A DNA stretch of 64,000 bases from Spirochaetia bacterium (GCA_965208575.1 CBDBOV010000003.1:384001-448000); one strand, 5' to 3'. Positions 1 to 11,592 are shown, counted from the stretch's first letter. Numbers and translations: made by a program. Notes: a model not told the origin generated them from the letters alone.

Positions 1-465
1 ACATCACGTGGAGCGGGCGTTCAAGCAGATGAAGAATCCCCACTGGGTGAGCTTCTCGCCGACCTTCCACTGGACCGATCAGAAGCTGCGCGTACACGTG
101 TTCTATTGTGTGTTGGCACTGCTGCTGAGTTCGCTGCTGCAACGCAAGGCGGCCGACGGCGGACAACTCCTTACCATCGAGCAACTACTGACGGAACTCA
201 GCGGCGTGACCGAAGTGGTCAACCTCTACGCCGCGCCTGAGCCGGCCACCAGAGGGCGCTACCGGGCTCAATACGTGCTCTCTGAACGGTCGTCCCTGCA
301 AGACAAACTGTGCCGCCTACTTGACGTATACCGACACGCCCATCCCTGACAGCACCACGGTCAGTGTATACAAGCCCCGTCCGACAGGATAGCGAGTAAC
401 TTGCTATCCTAAAATGACTTATCCACTCAAACTACCAGCCACCCGAAATAACTAGGAAACTCACG
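1..465 (+). mobile_element. IS1634-like element, 3' part (copy 1), ending ...GAAACTCACG next to CTAG 466-469
   Basis: 1-470 is the near-exact reverse complement of 62907-63376; similarity ends at the CTAG. Internal hairpin at 386-410. Confidence 0.8.
8..349 (+). CDS. IS1634-like DDE transposase, C-terminal fragment (runs off window start)
   Basis: VERAFKQMK...P.FHWTDQKLRVHVFYCVLALLL is the E-motif region of IS1634/IS4-superfamily transposases; identical to the C-terminus of 63028-63804. Confidence 0.8.
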   Translation: MERAFKQMKNPHWVSFSPTFHWTDQKLRVHVFYCVLALLLSSLLQRKAADGGQLLTIEQLLTELSGVTEVVNLYAAPEPATRGRYRAQYVLSERSSLQDKLCRLLDVYRHAHP

Positions 466-498
466 CTAGGAGGCTGTCGCAATCCGACAGCCTCCTAG
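466..498. repeat. Perfect 14-bp inverted repeat CTAGGAGGCTGTCG-caatc-CGACAGCCTCCTAG
   Basis: Read directly; 25-bp core flanked by CTAG on both sides. Confidence 0.85.
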
Positions 499-524
499 TA
501 CAATCGCCGGCGGAGGCTGATGTC

Positions 525-863
525 ATGACCAATCTGATCGAACTCGAGAACGGCAAGACCGAAGAGGGGCCGGACGGCGTATTCCGCACCACGTTGAGCT
601 ACGGCGCGGAGGCGATGCTGTGCCACTTTACGGCCAGGCAGGGCGCCAGGATCCCGCTGCACAACCATCCGGCGGTGCAGAGCGGCTTCTGCATCAAGGG
701 TAAGGTGCGCTTCCAGCGTGGCGAGGGCGACGACCGGTTCGTGGCCAGCGCGGGAACCAGCTACTTCTTCGGTCCGAACGAGTTTCACGCGGCGGAGATG
801 CTCGAGGACAGCGAGTTCGTCGAGGTGTTCTCGCCGATGCGTCCGGAGTACGCGCCCTCGTAA
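525..863 (+). CDS. Cupin-domain protein
   Basis: P.H.HP..QSGFCIKG and P.E.H.A cupin motifs; GGAGG RBS upstream. Confidence 0.8.
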   Translation: MTNLIELENGKTEEGPDGVFRTTLSYGAEAMLCHFTARQGARIPLHNHPAVQSGFCIKGKVRFQRGEGDDRFVASAGTSYFFGPNEFHAAEMLEDSEFVEVFSPMRPEYAPS

Positions 864-879
864 CGGCGCCACCAGGATC

Positions 880-2297
<1,418 letters not shown>

Positions 2298-2301
<4 letters not shown>

Positions 2302-3785
2302 ACGATGCGGCGGCGGTCGTGGATCCGGAGCGCGACACCATCGTCGCCATCGCCACGCCGCCCGGCGCCGGCGCACTGGCGATAGTCCGGTTGAGCGGCG
2401 CCGGCGCGCTGGCGGTGGCGGACGCGGTGTTCCGCGGGCGCGCGAGTCTGCGCGCGGCGGCGACGCACACCGCCCACTACGGCGACATCGTGCGCCGGGC
2501 GGACGGCGCCGCGGGCGGCGGCGAGGTGATAGACGACGTGGTCGCCACGGTGTTCCGCTCGCCGGCGAGCTTTACCGGAGAGGACACGGTGGAGATTACC
2601 TGTCACGGGTCGGGCCTGGTCGCCGCGACGATCGTGGAAGTGCTGCTGAACGAGGGCGCGCGCGGCGCCACTCCCGGCGAGTTTACCCGCCGCGCATTCC
2701 TGAACGGCAAGCTGGACCTGACCCAGGCCGAGGCGGTAGCCGAAGTGATCGGGTCGGCCACCGCCGCCGCGCTGCGCGGCGCCCGCAACCGCCTGAACGG
2801 CGCCGTCGGCGGGCGGGTCGCGGATCTCCGGAAACAGGTGCTGGATTGCGCCGCGCACGTGGAGTTGGCGCTGGACTTCGCCGAGGAGGACGTGGAGTTG
2901 GCGCCGGGCGCGCAGATCGCCGCCGAGGTGCACGGAGTGCGCGCCGCGATCGCCGACATGCTCGCGACGTTCCGCGCCGGGCGCATGCTGCGCGACGGCG
3001 TGCACGTAGTGCTGGCCGGACCGCCCAACGTGGGCAAGTCGTCGCTGCTCAATCGCCTGGCGCAGGAAGCGCGCGCGCTGGTAACCGACATTCCCGGCAC
3101 CACGCGCGACGTGATCCGCGAGGACCTGGACATCCACGGCGTGCCGGTGCGTCTGTACGATACCGCCGGATTGCGGGCGACCGCGGAAACCGTGGAGCGC
3201 CTGGGGGTCGAGCGTACCCTCGCCACGGCACAGGACGCCGACCTGGTGCTGTTCGTGAGCGCGGCCAACGAACCGTTCCCGCATGACGCGCTGCGCCAGG
3301 TGCGCGCCGCCACCGCGGCCAGCGGCGCCCCGGTCGTGGCGATCGCCAACAAAAGCGACCTGCTGGATCGCCGCGACCTGCCGGATCGCCGCGACCTGCC
3401 GGATCGCCGCGACCTGCCGGATCGCCGCGACAGGGGCGACCGCGCCGCGGCGGAGAACGCGGATCGGCCCGCGCTGGCGGTCTCGGCCCGCACCGGCGCG
3501 CGCATCGACGACCTGTGCAACCTGTTGCTGGAGCGAACCGTAGGTACCGGCGGCTACACCGAGCGCACCGCACTGGTAGCGAGCGCACGCCATCGCGACA
3601 GCCTGCAGCGCGCCGAAACGGCCCTGGCGCGCGCCGAGCAGGCCGCCGCGGCGGCGCAGGTCGGCGGCGAGCTGGTCGCGGCCGACCTGCGCGAGGCGGT
3701 ATTTCACCTGGAGGAGATCGTCGGCATCGTGGCCAGCGACGACGTGCTCAACCGGATCTTCGCCGAGTTCTGCATCGGCAAGTAG
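2298..3785 (+). CDS. mnmE: tRNA modification GTPase MnmE
   Basis: DTIVAIATPPG, SFTGED, GEFTRRAFLNGKLDL, GPPNVGKSS, GTTRD, DTAG, NKSD, C-terminal FCIGK. Confidence 0.97.
3365..3431 (+). repeat. In-frame 18-bp tandem repeat GGATCGCCGCGACCTGCC (DRRDLP), about 3.7 copies, inside mnmE
   Basis: Read directly; lies between G4 (NKSD) and G5 (SAR). Confidence 0.95.
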
Positions 3786-3942
3786 GGTAGCGCCGCGCGT
3801 GCGCCGGTGAAGGGTGCGCCGCCGGCGAAGTGGCGCGCAGGTTATGGCTGTGCGGCGTAGCGAGCGTGCAGCCGGTGCACTGCCGCCCACGCCGTCCTCG
3901 GCATCTCCCCGTAGCCGTTATATCCGAGCCCGCTGCGCCCGA

Positions 3943-4899
3943 TTACTTGACCGGCACGGACCAAAGCAGCCGAACCCCCGCACGGTGCAAGGTCATTTCG
4001 TAGTTGGGCTTTTCTTCGGGCACGGTGACGCCATGCGGCGTCCTGATTCGTGTCCTGGTCTCTCCGAATTCGAACTGCAGCGCCGGTACGTAAAACGCCT
4101 CCACCGCGAGCCTTTCGCCCAGCAGCGCGCCGACGGCCACCTCAGGCTGCACGTACCATCCGCCCCGATATGCGTTGTAGTACTCCGTGCCGCTCAGAAC
4201 GTGGACGTCGCGGTCGTCTACCAATGAAATCGGCGAGACGATTCCTCCCAACCTTCCGTACAACCCATCCTTCACTTGGCCGAGTTCTACGAAGGCGCCG
4301 AGGCCGACAACCTGGTGAAGCACGAGATACCGGAGCAGCTCCTGGTCGGCGTCGAACCTCCCCTGCCTGTCGGGATACTCGTACTCTCCTCCACGCGCCG
4401 TCCAGGAGTGGTAGTTGCCCCGATACGCCAATCGCGCAAAGGACCGCACGTACAGCCCGTCACGTTTCTGTTCCACCAGCATGAGGTCGGTCGAGAGCTC
4501 CCAGCCAAAGCCGAAGAGCTCCGACGTACTGAGGGACCGGTGAGTAACGGCATCGCTCGTCGAGTCCAGGTAGTCCAGGTTTACCAGTGTTCCTCCCGGC
4601 GTGGCGGCCAGAAACCACAGGGTTCCGTTCATTCGCAGCATGCCGCGCATACGGTGGCTGACATGAATGCCGGCACGACCAACAAGAGCATCCCACGTCA
4701 AGTGGCTCAAGTAATCCGCGACATAATCCGAACGCGCATCCACGATCTCTCTCGTGGCCGCCCAGGTAGCTCCCGATTCCAGGCCGACCAACCACTCCGG
4801 ATTCGGATCACAGCACCTCGACGAAAAAGGATACAGCACTTCCACAACGGCCGTCCCGACGACTACCGTAAGAAGGGTGAGGAACGCCAGTCGTAGCAC
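3943..4899 (-). CDS. Omptin-family outer-membrane protease-like protein
   Basis: REIV...LSHLTW, GTLVNLDYLDS, WTARGGEYEY and DDRDVH parallel OmpT/Pla blocks; N-terminal hydrophobic segment. GTG 4899 preferred because ATG 4920 lies inside the IS. Confidence 0.65.
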   Translation of the reverse strand: MLRLAFLTLLTVVVGTAVVEVLYPFSSRCCDPNPEWLVGLESGATWAATREIVDARSDYVADYLSHLTWDALVGRAGIHVSHRMRGMLRMNGTLWFLAATPGGTLVNLDYLDSTSDAVTHRSLSTSELFGFGWELSTDLMLVEQKRDGLYVRSFARLAYRGNYHSWTARGGEYEYPDRQGRFDADQELLRYLVLHQVVGLGAFVELGQVKDGLYGRLGGIVSPISLVDDRDVHVLSGTEYYNAYRGGWYVQPEVAVGALLGERLAVEAFYVPALQFEFGETRTRIRTPHGVTVPEEKPNYEMTLHRAGVRLLWSVPVK

Positions 4900-4913
4900 G
4901 CGCCCTGCGCTAG

Positions 4914-6684
4914 CCCGCATCGCTCACCAAGGGGATCGGCTGGCCGATTTGGTCCCGAGTTGAGGGCGCCGGAAGTGTGCAGAGAGCAAGGAGGGGCCGT
5001 GGGGCGGCGGTGCGAGCGTGGTTTTCGTGCCACGCGCCGCTGATCAGGTCGTAATGGTCAGTCACAGGCGCTGCAAGCTGCGGAATTGGACGCACCTCCC
5101 CCTGGTCAGACCTGCTGCAGTGAGTTTCGTGGCGCTGTGGCGGGGCTACCCAGGTGCGTCGCGCACAGGGGCCACGCACACGGGGGCAGCGCGCAGGGCG
5201 GTGAGCGCCTGTGCGAACAGCTCCTGCAACGGATATACCGATGACAACGAGATCCGTACCCTGCGCACCGACACCTTGATACGTCCCGCGAGCTTGATCA
5301 GCCGCGCCCGGATGGTGTCGAAGCGCGCGTTGGCAAGCTCGGTTCCTTGCAGTCCCACGCGGCGCAGGATCGTCAACAGGATGCCGGCAAAGGCGGAGAA
5401 GTACAGCCGTATCTGATTGGCACGCATCGTCGCCGTCGAGGTACGGTCGGCGAACAGCCACAGTTGCTGCTCCTTGATGCGGTTCTCCATGTCACCACGG
5501 GCGCAGTACAGCTCTTCGTAGAGGGCCTGCTTGGCAATCGTCTGCCGGTCGAGGCTGGTCACCACGAAGCGCGGATTGCCGCCGCCGGTGCCAGGCAGCC
5601 ACTCCGCCTTGGCCACCACCCGGCGGCTTCGGCTCCACGAGTCCAGCGTTCGGTAGCGGAACTCCCGGAACCGTCGCGACGCCTTCCCGCTCGCCGCACT
5701 GCGGCGCCGCGACTTGCGCAGCGCCTTGGCGATGCGCCGCTGCAGGCGTGCGTTGCGCGCCAAGCCGAGCACATAATCGACGCCGTTGTCCTCGCACCAA
5801 GCCATGATCGATTCGCGACAGAATCCCGAGTCACCGCGCACCAGAATCTTCGTCTCCGGCCAGCGTTGGCGGATCTGCGCCACTATCACTGTCAGTTCCT
5901 CCACCGCTCCGTCACTCGCGTCGCAGTCGGCGCGGCGCAGACGGCAGCGCAGCACATGCTCGCCACAGGTGATGTACAGCGGCAGATAACAGTAATGGCC
6001 GTAGTAGCCATGGAAGAAGCGGCCTTCCTGGTTGCCGTGCAACCGGTCATCGGTCGCATCCAGATCCAGCACTACCTGTGCCGGCGGTCGCCGCTCGCTG
6101 TCCAGAAACAGATCCACCAGCAGGTCGTCGATGATCCGGCCATCGGCGAGGATCTTCTTGTAGCGATGACACTTGGCCGTGTCTGGATCGCCCAGCTCCA
6201 GGCGGTTCAAGGTGCTGGACCCGGCCAGGGCGTGACCGCGGTCACGTTCGCGCAGGCGCTGCGCGCCGGTCACATCGGCGCACCCGGTGGCCAACGCCAG
6301 AGCGCTGTCGTCACGCAATCGGTCATGGTCATTGAGGTCCTCATAGCCGGCCGCCAGCCCCAGCACCCGCTGGGCGATCAGGATCTGAAGGGGATGCTCG
6401 ACCCGCTCCGGATCGCGATAGTCGGTGAAACAGGCCGCCAGTCGGCCGGTCACGTCAAATAACCGGTCAGCTTCGCGGAGCAACAGCACGCCGCTGTCCG
6501 ATGTCAGCCGACCGCCATCAAACGCGCCCACGACCGAGCGCCGTCCGAGACCTTCAAATAGCAGTTGTTCTGTAGTACAGTGTGTTTCCACGGGGTGGTT
6601 CCTTGTGGCTTTGTATTTGTTGCTACCATATACAGATAACCACAAATTCCACCCCGTGTCTATCCCCCTGGTGAGCTTTCCGGG
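4914..6684 (-). mobile_element. IS1380-family element with CTAG target duplication
   Basis: Imperfect TIRs CCCGCATCGCTCACCAAGGGG / CCCGGAAAGCTCACCAGGGG; CTAG at 4910-4913 and 6685-6688. Confidence 0.9.
5146..6645 (-). CDS. IS1380-family transposase (true start may be GTG ~6591)
   Basis: FDGGRLTSDSG, YEDLNDHD.LR, DLDATDD..HG.QEG.FFHGYY, RGDSGF, YCARGDMENRIKE. Confidence 0.95.
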   Translation of the reverse strand: MWLSVYGSNKYKATRNHPVETHCTTEQLLFEGLGRRSVVGAFDGGRLTSDSGVLLLREADRLFDVTGRLAACFTDYRDPERVEHPLQILIAQRVLGLAAGYEDLNDHDRLRDDSALALATGCADVTGAQRLRERDRGHALAGSSTLNRLELGDPDTAKCHRYKKILADGRIIDDLLVDLFLDSERRPPAQVVLDLDATDDRLHGNQEGRFFHGYYGHYCYLPLYITCGEHVLRCRLRRADCDASDGAVEELTVIVAQIRQRWPETKILVRGDSGFCRESIMAWCEDNGVDYVLGLARNARLQRRIAKALRKSRRRSAASGKASRRFREFRYRTLDSWSRSRRVVAKAEWLPGTGGGNPRFVVTSLDRQTIAKQALYEELYCARGDMENRIKEQQLWLFADRTSTATMRANQIRLYFSAFAGILLTILRRVGLQGTELANARFDTIRARLIKLAGRIKVSVRRVRISLSSVYPLQELFAQALTALRAAPVCVAPVRDAPG

Positions 6685-6727
6685 CTAGCCGATGTCGCCC
6701 TCGGGCTCAGGCTGCAAGCTGAGGGGC

Positions 6728-7354
6728 CTAGTCCACGGCCACTGCCGAGCCGGCGCCGGCCCCCGGTACGAACGTAATCACTATCCGGGCTCGATCCGGA
6801 TCTTCCTTGTCTCTCTCGAGATAGAACGGACGATCTGGCGATTCCACGAAGAGCCTCTCCTCCGTTCCTTCGGGACGTCTCTCAAAGAGCCACGCGTCGT
6901 CGCTGCAGTCCGGCGCAGGCGGCAACTCGGCACACCCTCGAGGCAGGGAATCGTAGCTAACGCGCCAGTATTCGTATCTCCTGTAAGGAGCATCATGGTT
7001 TTCCTCGAAAAACGCTATGCTGCCAAAGGAGGTCACCGAGTAGTTGTCTTCCGGCGAATCCATCGGACCGAACACTGACATCTCAAACTCCCTTTTCTCG
7101 CGACTTCTCAGGGTGATAATACCGCTCCCATAAGGGTTTCTTACGCCGGTTGCTATGTCCTTGAATTCCTGTCCTCCCACATCAATACGTATCCTGACGA
7201 GTTCGGGCGCATCATTGACCACTTCAAGGGCATACACCGTAATATAGTCAGCCTTCAGCCCGTCTATGCGACATGCTGTAAAGGAGTAACCGGACAACGC
7301 GGCGACGACGACGACAAGAACACGGACGAGTATATTCGTGCTGAACCATCGCAT
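6728..7354 (-). CDS. Hypothetical exported protein, possible lipoprotein
   Basis: Signal-like N-terminus ending FTAC; visibly lower GC than flanks. Confidence 0.6.
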   Translation of the reverse strand: MRWFSTNILVRVLVVVVAALSGYSFTACRIDGLKADYITVYALEVVNDAPELVRIRIDVGGQEFKDIATGVRNPYGSGIITLRSREKREFEMSVFGPMDSPEDNYSVTSFGSIAFFEENHDAPYRRYEYWRVSYDSLPRGCAELPPAPDCSDDAWLFERRPEGTEERLFVESPDRPFYLERDKEDPDRARIVITFVPGAGAGSAVAVD

Positions 7355-7510
7355 CTCAACGCTCTATGGATACGTCGATCTTGGTGTAAAGTTCGGTCTT
7401 GGATTCGGAGACATGCCGGACATCCTCTTGATTGTGTAGATATCCCACGGCGAGAACCAGGTGTTCCCGTTCTCACGTCCCCACGCCGCTGACGGCAGCG
7501 CCGCCGCCGG

Positions 7511-8494
7511 TCAGCCGCTTTCCCGGTACAGGTAGCAGGAGGCGTAGTGGCCGTCGTCTCCCACTTCGTACAGGCGCGGCGGGCTGAGGTGGCACTCCTC
7601 CATCGCGTGCGGGCAGCGGTTGTAGAAGCGGCATCCCGCCTTGTCGCCCTTGCCGAACTCCTCTTCCGCGGACACCTCGATCTCCTCCGACCACTTGCGG
7701 GCCGGATCGGGGGTGGGAACGGAGCCGATCAGCAACTGGGTGTAGGGATGCTGTGGGTTGCCGATGACCGCGGTGGCGTCGCCGGTTTCTGACACCGCTC
7801 CCTCGTACAGGATGAAGATGCGGTCGCTGATCTGGTAGGCGGTGGAGAGATCGTGCGTGATGTACAGGAAGCTGATGCCGAATTCGTCCTTCAACTTGAG
7901 CATGATGTCGAGGATCATCGCCCGTAGCGAGGCGTCGATCATCGAAACCGGCTCGTCGGCCACGATCAGACGCGGCTTGAGCAGGAAGGCGCGAGCGACG
8001 ATGAGCCGCTGGCGCTGGCCGCCGGAGAGCTGGTGCGGGTACTTGCCGAGGATCTCCTGCGGGCGCAGGCCCACCACCTCGAGCGCTTCGCCGATGATGC
8101 GCGCCTCGTCGACCTTGCGGCGCGCGAGCTTGAATTCCGTGACCGCCATGTGAAACACGTGGTCGACGCGGTAGAACGGGTTGAAGGCCGCGTACGGGTC
8201 CTGGAACACGGCCTGGCACTCGCGCCGGTACGACATCAGTTCCTTCCTGGACATCTTGTGGAGGTTGCGGCCGCGCCACAGGATCTCGCCCGAGGTGGGC
8301 TTGATGAAGTCCAGGATGAGGCGGGCGAGCGTGGTCTTGCCGCTGCCCGACTCGCCGGCGATTGCCGTGATCTTCGGCTGGTCGTCGTAAAGGGTGAGGG
8401 AGAAGTCGTCGACCGCGATCGTTTCGTGCTGCCTGCCGATGCCGCCGCCGAACACCTTCTTCACGTTCTTTACTTCCAGCAGCCGGTTGCTCAT
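7511..8494 (-). CDS. Opp/Dpp-type ABC ATPase (OppF-like)
   Basis: GESGSGKTT, LSGGQRQR, ADEP, HPYT, GCRFYNRCP. Confidence 0.92.
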   Translation of the reverse strand: MSNRLLEVKNVKKVFGGGIGRQHETIAVDDFSLTLYDDQPKITAIAGESGSGKTTLARLILDFIKPTSGEILWRGRNLHKMSRKELMSYRRECQAVFQDPYAAFNPFYRVDHVFHMAVTEFKLARRKVDEARIIGEALEVVGLRPQEILGKYPHQLSGGQRQRLIVARAFLLKPRLIVADEPVSMIDASLRAMILDIMLKLKDEFGISFLYITHDLSTAYQISDRIFILYEGAVSETGDATAVIGNPQHPYTQLLIGSVPTPDPARKWSEEIEVSAEEEFGKGDKAGCRFYNRCPHAMEECHLSPPRLYEVGDDGHYASCYLYRESG

Positions 8495-8590
8495 TCTCGC
8501 CGCCCCACTCATTTGTACAAATGCCCGCGACTCATTCGTACAGATTCTTCACGTTTCACTTCCAGCAGCCGGTTGCTCGTCGTCGCCGTC

Positions 8591-9553
8591 CTACTCATCG
8601 TACAGATGGCAGGCGACCATGCGCCCCGGCCGGACCTCCCGGTACCGCGGCACTTCCACCCGGCAGCGCTCGGTGGCGTGCGGGCAACGTGGATGAAAGA
8701 TGCATCCGGGCGGCGGCGCGAGGAGGTTGGGAGGCAGCCCCGGTATCCCCTCTAGCGGTTTCTTCTCCTTCACGGAAGGCACCGAGCCGATCAGGAGCTG
8801 GGTATAGGGATGCAAGGGGTCGTTGTAGATGTCCTCCGCCGTACTGACCTCGGCGACCTTGCCGGCATACATCACCGCGAGGCGGTTCACCAACTGGGCC
8901 AGAAGGCCCATGTCGTGCCCGATGATGACGAGCGCCGCCCCGAGGCCCTCCTGCACCTTGATGAGCGTCTGTGTGACCACCCGCTGCACCACGACGTCGA
9001 GTGCGCTGGTCGGCTCGTCGGCGACGATCACCTGCGGCTGCAGGACGATCGCCATGGCAATGCATACGCGTTGCTTCATGCCGCCAGACAACTCGTGCGG
9101 GTACATGTGGTAGACGCGGGCCGGCAGGCCGACCATGCCGAGCAGCTCGATGATTCTGGCCTTCGATTGCGCGCGTCTGCCGCCGCCGCCATGGGCGGCG
9201 ACCGCGTCGTTTATCTGGCTGCCGATCTTTACCACCGGGTTGAGCGAGTTCATCGAGCCCTGCGGAATCAGCGAGATTCGGCTCCAGCGCACCGACCTCA
9301 TCTGTTCGTCGTCCAGTTGGAGAATGTCGGTGCCGTCAACGAGAATGCGTCCCTGCTCGACCGACCCGGGCGGCTTGATGAGGCGCAGCAGCGTGGTCGC
9401 GGTGGTCGACTTGCCGCAGCCGGACTCGCCGACGATGCCAAAGCGCTCGCCCCGCCTCACCTCGAGGTCGATGCCGTCCACCGCCTTGACCGGTCCGCGA
9501 TCGGTCCAGTAGTAGACCTTGAGGTCTTCCACCTTGAGCGCAACATCGGTCAT
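8591..9553 (-). CDS. Opp/Dpp-type ABC ATPase (OppD-like)
   Basis: GESGCGKST, LSGGMKQR, ADEPTSALDV, GCIFHPRCP. Confidence 0.93.
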   Translation of the reverse strand: MTDVALKVEDLKVYYWTDRGPVKAVDGIDLEVRRGERFGIVGESGCGKSTTATTLLRLIKPPGSVEQGRILVDGTDILQLDDEQMRSVRWSRISLIPQGSMNSLNPVVKIGSQINDAVAAHGGGGRRAQSKARIIELLGMVGLPARVYHMYPHELSGGMKQRVCIAMAIVLQPQVIVADEPTSALDVVVQRVVTQTLIKVQEGLGAALVIIGHDMGLLAQLVNRLAVMYAGKVAEVSTAEDIYNDPLHPYTQLLIGSVPSVKEKKPLEGIPGLPPNLLAPPPGCIFHPRCPHATERCRVEVPRYREVRPGRMVACHLYDE

Positions 9554-9631
9554 GCCGGTGCCCCTGGTGCGAACATTCCGGCTGTACCGCGACGGCAGCC
9601 TGTTGCCTTCATCGCCTTCCCTGTCGCGGAG

Positions 9632-10510
9632 TCACCGTGCTCCTCCCTTGCGGACCCTGGGGTTGTAGACCTCGTCGAGACCGATGTTGATCAGTTGCAG
9701 GCCGAGGAAGATCAGCACCAGGATGATCATCGGCGGCAGCACCCACCACAGGATGCCGCGGATCATCGCCCCCCGCCACATCGCCCAGTACACCATGACG
9801 CCGAGGGTGGTGGTGTTCTGCGGTCCCAGGCCGAGAATCTCCAGGAATACCTCGGCGAGGATCGCGCCCGAAACGGCATTCGCGAAGGTGGTGCCGACGT
9901 AGGGCAGCATGTTGGGCAGAATCTCCCGGAACACGATCTTCACGTCGCTCATCCCGGACAGCTTGGCGAGATTGATGAACTCCCGCTTGCGCAGGCTGAG
10001 AACCTGGGAGCGAAAGGTACGGGCCGGGAGCGGCCAGGCGAACACGGCCAGGATCAGGACCAGCGCCGGAATGGTAAGGAACCGGACGTAGGAGGACAGC
10101 ACCACGAGCAGGGGAATGGTGGGGATGACCAGGAACACGTCGGTGACGCTGCGCAGCGAGTCGTCCACCAGGCCGCCCCGGTAGCCGCTGAATATGCCGA
10201 CCGCCGATCCCACCACCAGGCCAACCAGCCCGGTGAAGAACCCGATGATCAGCGACTGCCGGACCGCGTGCACCAACTGGTCGAAGACGTCGCGCCCGAG
10301 CGTGTCGGTACCGAGCAGGTTCTGGAACGAGGGCGGCAGGTCGGGCGCGTGCAGTCCGATCGACGCCACGTCGTAGGGGGCCAGCAGGTCGGCCGCGACG
10401 GAGACCAGCACCAGCACCAGCACGATGGCGAAGCCGACCGACAACTTGGCGTTGGTGCGGAACGCGAACTTGACGGCGCTCTTCGCCGAGGAAGCGATGG
10501 ACACCTTCAC
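9632..10510 (-). CDS. ABC permease (OppC-like)
   Basis: LGTDTLGRD, EAA-like loop REFINLAKLSG, multiple TM segments. Confidence 0.92.
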   Translation of the reverse strand: MKVSIASSAKSAVKFAFRTNAKLSVGFAIVLVLVLVSVAADLLAPYDVASIGLHAPDLPPSFQNLLGTDTLGRDVFDQLVHAVRQSLIIGFFTGLVGLVVGSAVGIFSGYRGGLVDDSLRSVTDVFLVIPTIPLLVVLSSYVRFLTIPALVLILAVFAWPLPARTFRSQVLSLRKREFINLAKLSGMSDVKIVFREILPNMLPYVGTTFANAVSGAILAEVFLEILGLGPQNTTTLGVMVYWAMWRGAMIRGILWWVLPPMIILVLIFLGLQLINIGLDEVYNPRVRKGGAR

Positions 10511-10512
10511 GG

Positions 10513-11520
10513 TCAGTCACCTCCATGGCTGATGCGCGGATCGATGATCGGATACAGGATTTCGAGGATGAGATTGGCGGTCAGCACCGACAGGATGGTC
10601 AACAGCAGAATACCCTGCAAGAGGTTGTAGTCGAGATTGCCGATCGCGGACAGCAGCAGTGCACCGAGGCCGGGATAGTTGAATATGGTTTCGGTCAGGA
10701 TCGACCCGTTCATGACGAACCCGAGGGCTATCCCGAACGCGGCCGCCTGCGGCAAGAGGGCATTCCTGAGTGCGTACTTGGTCAGAATCATCGACCGCTT
10801 CAGGCCCTTGGCCTCGGCGAGCAGGATGTAGTCTTCGCCGAGCGTGGTCAGGATCATCGAGCGCATGGTGATGACCCAGAAACCGATCGATGCGATGACG
10901 ATCGACAGCGCCGGCAGGGTCGCATGATAGATGATGTCCCAGACCAGCTTCCAGCCTTCCGGGCGCCCGCCGATCAGGCTGAAACCGCCGGAAGATGGGA
11001 ACACGGACAGATTGTAAGAGAAGAAAAAGACCAGCAGCAGGGCCACGAAGTAGTAGGGGATCTGGTTGAGTCCGAGACTCACCACCACAATCGTCGAGTT
11101 TATCTTCGAGTCGCGCCGCCAGCCGACGATCGCGCCGAGCAGGTTGCCGAGCACCCAACTGATCACGGTGGCCACCAGGAGCAGCCCCATGGTCCATGGC
11201 AGTGCAGTTACCAACAACTCCTGCACGGTAGTGGGAAAGGCCATGATCGACGGTCCGAGGTCGCCGCGCAACAGGCTCCACAGGTATCTGAAGTATTGCT
11301 CGAGCCAGGTGCCGTTGAGGCCGAACTGTTCCTTGTATGCCGCGACTATCTCGGCGCCGCCGGAGACCACCTCGCCGTGTTGCGCCATCTGGTCGATGAG
11401 CGCCGAGATGGGGTCGCCCGGAATCATCCGCGGAATGAAGAAGTTCGCGCTGATCGCGATGATCACGGTCAATACATACGCTACCAACCTCCTTCCGATG
11501 TAGGTCACAAGAGCGGCCAT
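10513..11520 (-). CDS. ABC permease (OppB-like)
   Basis: PRMIPGDP, GDLGPS, EDYILLAEAKGL, ETIFNYPGLG. Confidence 0.93.
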   Translation of the reverse strand: MAALVTYIGRRLVAYVLTVIIAISANFFIPRMIPGDPISALIDQMAQHGEVVSGGAEIVAAYKEQFGLNGTWLEQYFRYLWSLLRGDLGPSIMAFPTTVQELLVTALPWTMGLLLVATVISWVLGNLLGAIVGWRRDSKINSTIVVVSLGLNQIPYYFVALLLVFFFSYNLSVFPSSGGFSLIGGRPEGWKLVWDIIYHATLPALSIVIASIGFWVITMRSMILTTLGEDYILLAEAKGLKRSMILTKYALRNALLPQAAAFGIALGFVMNGSILTETIFNYPGLGALLLSAIGNLDYNLLQGILLLTILSVLTANLILEILYPIIDPRISHGGD

Positions 11521-11543
11521 GAATGCTCCTTCCGGGTAGACAA

Positions 11544-11592
11544 GATTCCCCCTCTCCCGGCCAACGTCGGGTGCCTGGGGAGAGGGGGAATC
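11544..11592 (-). terminator. 15-bp perfect stem-loop between the binding-protein gene and first permease (partial terminator or mRNA stabiliser)
   Basis: GATTCCCCCTCTCCC (11544-11558) pairs with GGGAGAGGGGGAATC (11578-11592). Confidence 0.65.
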
